Source: an uncultured Bacteroidales bacterium
GTDB taxonomy: Bacteria; Bacteroidota; Bacteroidia; Bacteroidales; FEN-979
Direction: 5' to 3'
DNA length: 64,000 nucleotides
Assembly (NCBI GenBank): GCA_903913885.1
Contig: CAIWMX010000002.1
Location: 1,862 to 65,861 of the forward strand
Position 1 is the first letter of the stretch. The number at the start of each line of letters is the position of its first letter. The position numbers and the translations under genes were made by a program. A model generated the notes under the pieces. The model was not told the origin of the DNA and did no database searches. It saw only the letters and a program-made list of their open reading frames with translations. Below are positions 26,201 through 32,200 of the stretch, one piece after another.

Positions 26201-29200
26201 AGGCCAGGTCGACCTTCCTCCCAGCCAGGTTTTGTGCAATGGCGACATTGCTGCCGGTGTGGTCTTCACCACCTTAAATACCGGCGGTATCACAACCTAT
26301 ACATGGACAAACTCCGCCCCGGGAATCGGGCTTCCAGGTTCAGGAAGCGGGAATATATCAGCATTTACCACTGTTAACGCAGGAACCTCGCCCGTAGTTG
26401 CAACCATTGTAGTTACACCTCACTTCTCTAACGGAGGGCTTATTTGCATTGGCCCGGCGAAGACCTTCACCATTACGGTGAACCCGACAGGCCAGGTGAC
26501 TGATCCTGCCGACCAGGTATTGTGCAACGGGATACTAACATTGCCCGTCGTCTTTATTACCAACAATACCGGGGGAACGACCAGTTATACATGGACCAAT
26601 TCTGCACCGGGCATCGGACTGGCTGCCAATGGCGGCGGGAACATACCGGCATTCCTGGCAAACAACCCGGGAACATCGCCCGTAGTAGCCACTATTGTTG
26701 TCACACCTTCCTTTGTCAATGCCGGGGTGACCTGTAGCGGCCCTTCGCAAACCTTCACTATCACAGTCAACCCGGGCGGACAGGTTAATGATCCTGTCGA
26801 CCAGGCAATTTGTCATAATGCCATGACAAGTGCCGTTGTTTTTACCACCGTCAACACGGGAGGCACGACTACCTATTCATGGACCAATTCGGCCACGAGC
26901 ATCGGACTGGCAGCCACAGGAACAGGATCGATTCCTGCTTTTATGGCTAATAATCCCGGGACAATCCCTGTAATTGCCAACATTGTTGTCACACCGCACT
27001 TTAGCGGCTCAGGATGGACTTGCGACGGCCCGACACAGTCCTTCACCATCACGGTGAATCCCTTGCCAACTCCCGTAATTACGGGTCAGCTGACTGTATG
27101 TGAGAATGTTTCGTATGTATATACCACAGAGCCCGGGATGTCAAACTACACCTGGAATATTTCTTCTGGCGGAACGATTACCTCCGGGGGAACTACCTTA
27201 GACAATACAATTGGTATTTCGTGGGGTACCCTGGGGTTGAAGACGGTTTCAGTTAATTATAACGATCAGAACGGATGCCGTGGCTCCATGGCTACAACAG
27301 TGACCGTGGATGTTATCGCGCCGCCTGTGCCCGTTATCACCGAAGGTCCTTCCGTGATTTGCGAAAACAACCCGGGTACCTATAAAACACAACCTGGAAT
27401 GACCAATTATATCTGGTCGGTTTCGCCTGGTGGTGTGATGGGGCCAGGCGGAACTACAGTCGACAATTTTGTCACGGTTCACTGGAGCGTACCCGGCTAT
27501 CACTGGGTAAGCATCAATTTTACCGGTCCTGCCGGTTGCCCCGCATCACAACCCACAATTTTCCCGGTCAATGTCATACCACAGCCAACCCCGACCGTTA
27601 CCGGGCTGAACTCTGTATGCGTTGGTGATGCAGGCGTTGTGTATACAACAGAAGCAGGTAATTCAGCTTATGTTTGGACCATTTCATCGGGTGGTTCCAT
27701 CTCAGGCGGACTGCAGTCAAATTCAATAACAGTGACATGGAATACAGCCGGACCGCAACAGGTGACTGTCAACTATTCGACGATTTTCAACTGCACAGCG
27801 TTAAACCCGACGGTATACCCGGTCATGGTTAATCCAAGGCCCGTGCCAATACTCTTCGGCGCTGTGACGGTTTGCGCCGGAACTAAAGGCGTAGTCTATA
27901 CAACTGATCCGGGTAAATCGGGTTATGTGTGGACCATTACAGGCGGTGGATCCGTTGTTGGCGGAGGTGGTGCTTCTGACCACACCGTCACCATTGACTG
28001 GAATACGGCAGGGCCTCAAACAGTCAGCGTTTCCTACACGGATATTTACGGTTGTGATGCAGCGATACCAACCATTCTGCAGGTGCAGGTAAACCCCTTG
28101 CCAGTTCCGACCATCATGGGATCAGATCCGGTTTGTGCCGGATCCACCAGTACTTATTCGACCGAACCGGGCAAGAGTGGTTATATTTGGACAATCACCG
28201 GAGGAACAGGGATTTCGGTGTCCAATACCATATCGGTAACCTGGGGATCGGGAGCTACAGGCAGTGTCAGTGTCAATTATTCTGATCCTGGGACAAACTG
28301 CACTGCAGTATTACCAACCCAGAAGGTAATAACGATCAAACCGTTGCCGGTGCCTGTCATTTCAGGACCCATCCAGGCCTGTTTGAATTCCGGCAACAAT
28401 ATTTACACCACCGATGCCGGTAAGTCCAATTATGTATGGGCCGTTTCAGCCGGTGGGTTAATAACATCCGGTACGGGCACGAACTCAATCCATGTAACAT
28501 GGAGTTCTGTTGGAAGCAAAACAGTATCCGTTGCATACGCTGATGCTGATAATTGCGTTTCACTCCCGACCGTGTATAATGTTGTGGTCAGTCCGTTGCC
28601 GGTGCCATCATTCCCGGTCATTGCCGGTGAAAATAATGCGGTGCCCTGTTTAAACCAGGTATCCGTTTATTCCACGCAAACCGGCATGCAGAATTACATA
28701 TGGACGGTATCGGCAGGAGGCTCGGTTTCAGCCAATGGCACTTCGGCTGATCCTAACGTAACGGTTACCTGGAATTCGGTGGGACAGCAAAATGTCTCAG
28801 TCAGCTATACTGATCCGGTTACAGGTTGCGAGTCGGCAGGTTCAACGATCTTCCCGGTCGTTGTCCAGCCGCTTCCCGTACCCTCGATTACTGGTTCGGC
28901 TTCCGAATGTGTTAACTCAAGTGGCAACGTCTATACAACCGAGCCCGGTAAGTCGGGTTACGCGTGGACCATCGTCGGAGGATCCATCACCTCCGGGTTG
29001 GGGACGAATGTCGTCACAGTTACCTGGACGATACCGGGATTGCAGCAACTTTGCGTAAACTATAATAGCGGCGGGGGCTGTGATGCAGCGCCTCCCGGAG
29101 GTTGCTTCAATGTAACGGTCTCGGTGATCCCGGTTCCCATCATCACGGGTCCGGCCATGGCTTGTGTCTTTGCCAGCAACACCTATTCCACGGAACCCGG

Positions 29201-32200
29201 AAAGACAGGGTACAGCTGGAACATATCCGCCGGAGGAGTCATCACCGGCGGTGCTGGGACGAACATCATCACCGTTACTTGGAATACCCCCGGCACCAAA
29301 ACAGTGTCGGTAACCTATGCCAACGGGAACAGCTGCGTTTCACTGCCCACGGTCTACAACGTAACGGTTAACCCGTTGCCGGTGCCTTCATTCCCGGTTA
29401 TTACCGGTCAAAACAACCCGGCTCCCTGCTTAAACAAGAGCGAGGTATATGCTACCCAGACCGGAATGCAGAATTACCAGTGGATTGTATCCCCCGGTGG
29501 AACTATTACAGCCAATGGCAACTCAGCTGATCCTACTGTGACTGTATTATGGAATTCAGCAGGCAGTCAGAACGTTTCCGTCAGGTATAACGATCCTGCA
29601 ACAGGATGCACATCTGCCGCATCCACGGTCTTCCCGGTTGTGGTTCAGCTGCTTCCGCTCCCGACGATCATTGGCCCGGCTACGGCCTGTACCGGTTCGA
29701 CCGGGAACATGTATATCACACAGATCGGTAAGACCAACTATGCCTGGACCATCGTCGGCGGCAATATTACTTCCGGTTCCGGGACAAATATTATCACGGT
29801 AACCTGGACGACTACCGGGTTGCAGCATGTCTGTGTTACCTACACGGATCCCAACGGATGTGATGCTGCGCTGCCTGGCGGCTGTTTCAACGTGGATGTT
29901 CAGGCATTGCCTGCCCCTGTCATTTCAGGCCCCAATTCAGTGTGCCTTGGTGATACCAAAACCTATAACACGCAGGGCGGCATGACGGGTTACGCGTGGA
30001 CTGTATCAGCCGGAGGAGTCATTCAGTCAGGAACAGGCACGAGCACGGTGAATGTTCTTTGGCAAACTGCCGGTTCACAAACCATTACGGTCAATTATAC
30101 CAGCAGCGGCAATTGCCAGGCGGCATCTGCCACAACCTTCAATGTAACGGTGAACGATTTGCCGGTGGCGGCATTCTCAGCCGACACTGTTTGCCTGGGA
30201 AGTGTTACAAGCTTTACCGACCAGTCAACTTCCGCTTCCGGAACCATAATTTCACATGCATGGAATTTCGGCGACGGTGGAACCTCCCCCGGTATTAACC
30301 CAACCCACCTTTTTTCAAGCTCGGGCATACAAAGTGTCACCCTGACGGTGGGGACTATCTATGGATGTACGAAAACCGTTGCAAAACAGGTACTGGTACT
30401 TGACCGGCCCGTCGCCTTATTCAGCCATTCCCAGTCGGGTTGTGCGGGAGATTCCATTCAGTTCTATGATCTGTCCACTACACCCCATGGTTATATCAAG
30501 CAGTGGGACTGGAATTTTGGCGATGGCACACCGGTAGTTTCGGTCACAGTGCCCGGCTACCAGGATGTCAAGCATAAATTCAGCAACGGCGGGAATTATA
30601 ATGTAAAACTAACGATAACCACCTCCGACAATTGCATGGATTCAGTGGTTGTCCAGGTTCCAATTGCATTCCGCCCGATTGCCAACTGCAGTGCAGGTTA
30701 CAATGCCTGTCCGAAAACACCAGTCCAGTTCACCGACCTTTCCCAACCGAATGGCGGGGCTGCAATCACTACCTGGTACTGGAATTTCGGCGATCCCGGA
30801 TCTGGCATTAATAATAACTCGTACGCTCAGAATCCGACGCATTCATTCACCTCCGGAGGTACTTATTATGTCAGGCTGACGGTGACCAATGCAAACGGAT
30901 GCAGCGACACCCTGGATGTACCCAAAACCGTGGTTGTAAACGATGCACCGTTGGCGGCCTTCACGGCAGATACCGCCTGCATGATGAGCGCAACCCAGTT
31001 TACGGATGCCTCGACGACTGTCTCAGGAACTATTGCTTCCTGGCGGTGGACGTTTGGAGATCCTTCCAGTGGGATCAATGATTCTTCGGTACTTCAGAAC
31101 CCGACCCATACATACAATACCCCCGGTACGTATAACGTGAAACTGGTTGTGACAAATTCACACCAGTGTGCCGGCGATACGACGAAGCAGGTCAATGTGA
31201 ATCCCAAGCCGGTTGCTGATTTCCAATTTTCAGTTGCCTGCATGCATGACTCAACGCAGTTTACTGATTTGTCCATTGCGCCTAACAACACCATCAGTTC
31301 ATGGTTGTGGAAATTCGGGGACAACGGGACTTCGACCCTGCAGAACCCAAAGCATGCATATCAAACAGCAGGAACCTTCAATGTTACGCTGATCGTCACC
31401 AACCTGTTTGGATGCAGCGATTCGATGACTCAGGCTGTGACCGTCCATTACAAGCCGCTGGCGGCGTTCAACTATTCAAGTTTTTACTGCCCTGCCAGGA
31501 AAGTGGATTTCCAGGACGTCTCCACCGCATTTGGTGGGGCCAGCGTCAGCAGCCGCCTGTGGATATTTGAACCAGGGTACACGTCGAATATTCCCAACCC
31601 TACCCATACGTTCACGGTATCAGATACAACCTATGCGGTAACCCTGATTATAACAGATAACCTCGGATGTTCCGATACCATTGTCGACAGTGTACATGTC
31701 AAACCTGCATTTGGGGTGGCTTTTAATTATGATACTGTTTGTTTTGGCGACTCCACCCATTTCCAGGCGATCAATAAAGCACTGGGCGATACCCTCTACA
31801 CGCCGCGATGGGTATTTGGAGATCCTGCATCAGGCCAGTATAATTATTCGTCAAAGCTTTTGCCAACCCATAAGTTTACGGCACCCGGAACCTACATCGT
31901 CTGGTTAAAGGCATGGAATACGAATGACTGTGTTGATAGTATTTCGCATATCGTTAAAGTCGTGGCGCTGCCGGCACCTGCATTTACATATACCACGGTT
32001 CCATGCGATTCGGTGGTACATTTTGCCGAAAATTCGACTGCCGGGTTCGGTACCATTGCCAGCTGGAAATGGAAATGGGGCGACGGAACGCCGCCGCTGG
32101 TGATAATTGCGCCGGCCACTGCTAATGCAACACATACCTATTCATTGCCAGGATCTTACCAGGTATGGCTCATCGTTACGAATACACACGGATGCCAGGA

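Noticed and set aside
14810-26816. Many recurring antisense and alternate-frame ORFs inside the giant gene
   Set aside because: These are shadows of the repeated coding sequence. They recur with the same 2,013-bp period (e.g. 20195, 22208, 24221).
14697-27062. Array as an assembly artefact or a diversity-generating retroelement target
   Set aside because: Copies differ at many positions, including synonymous sites of all base types rather than adenine-specific ones, and no reverse transcriptase is present.
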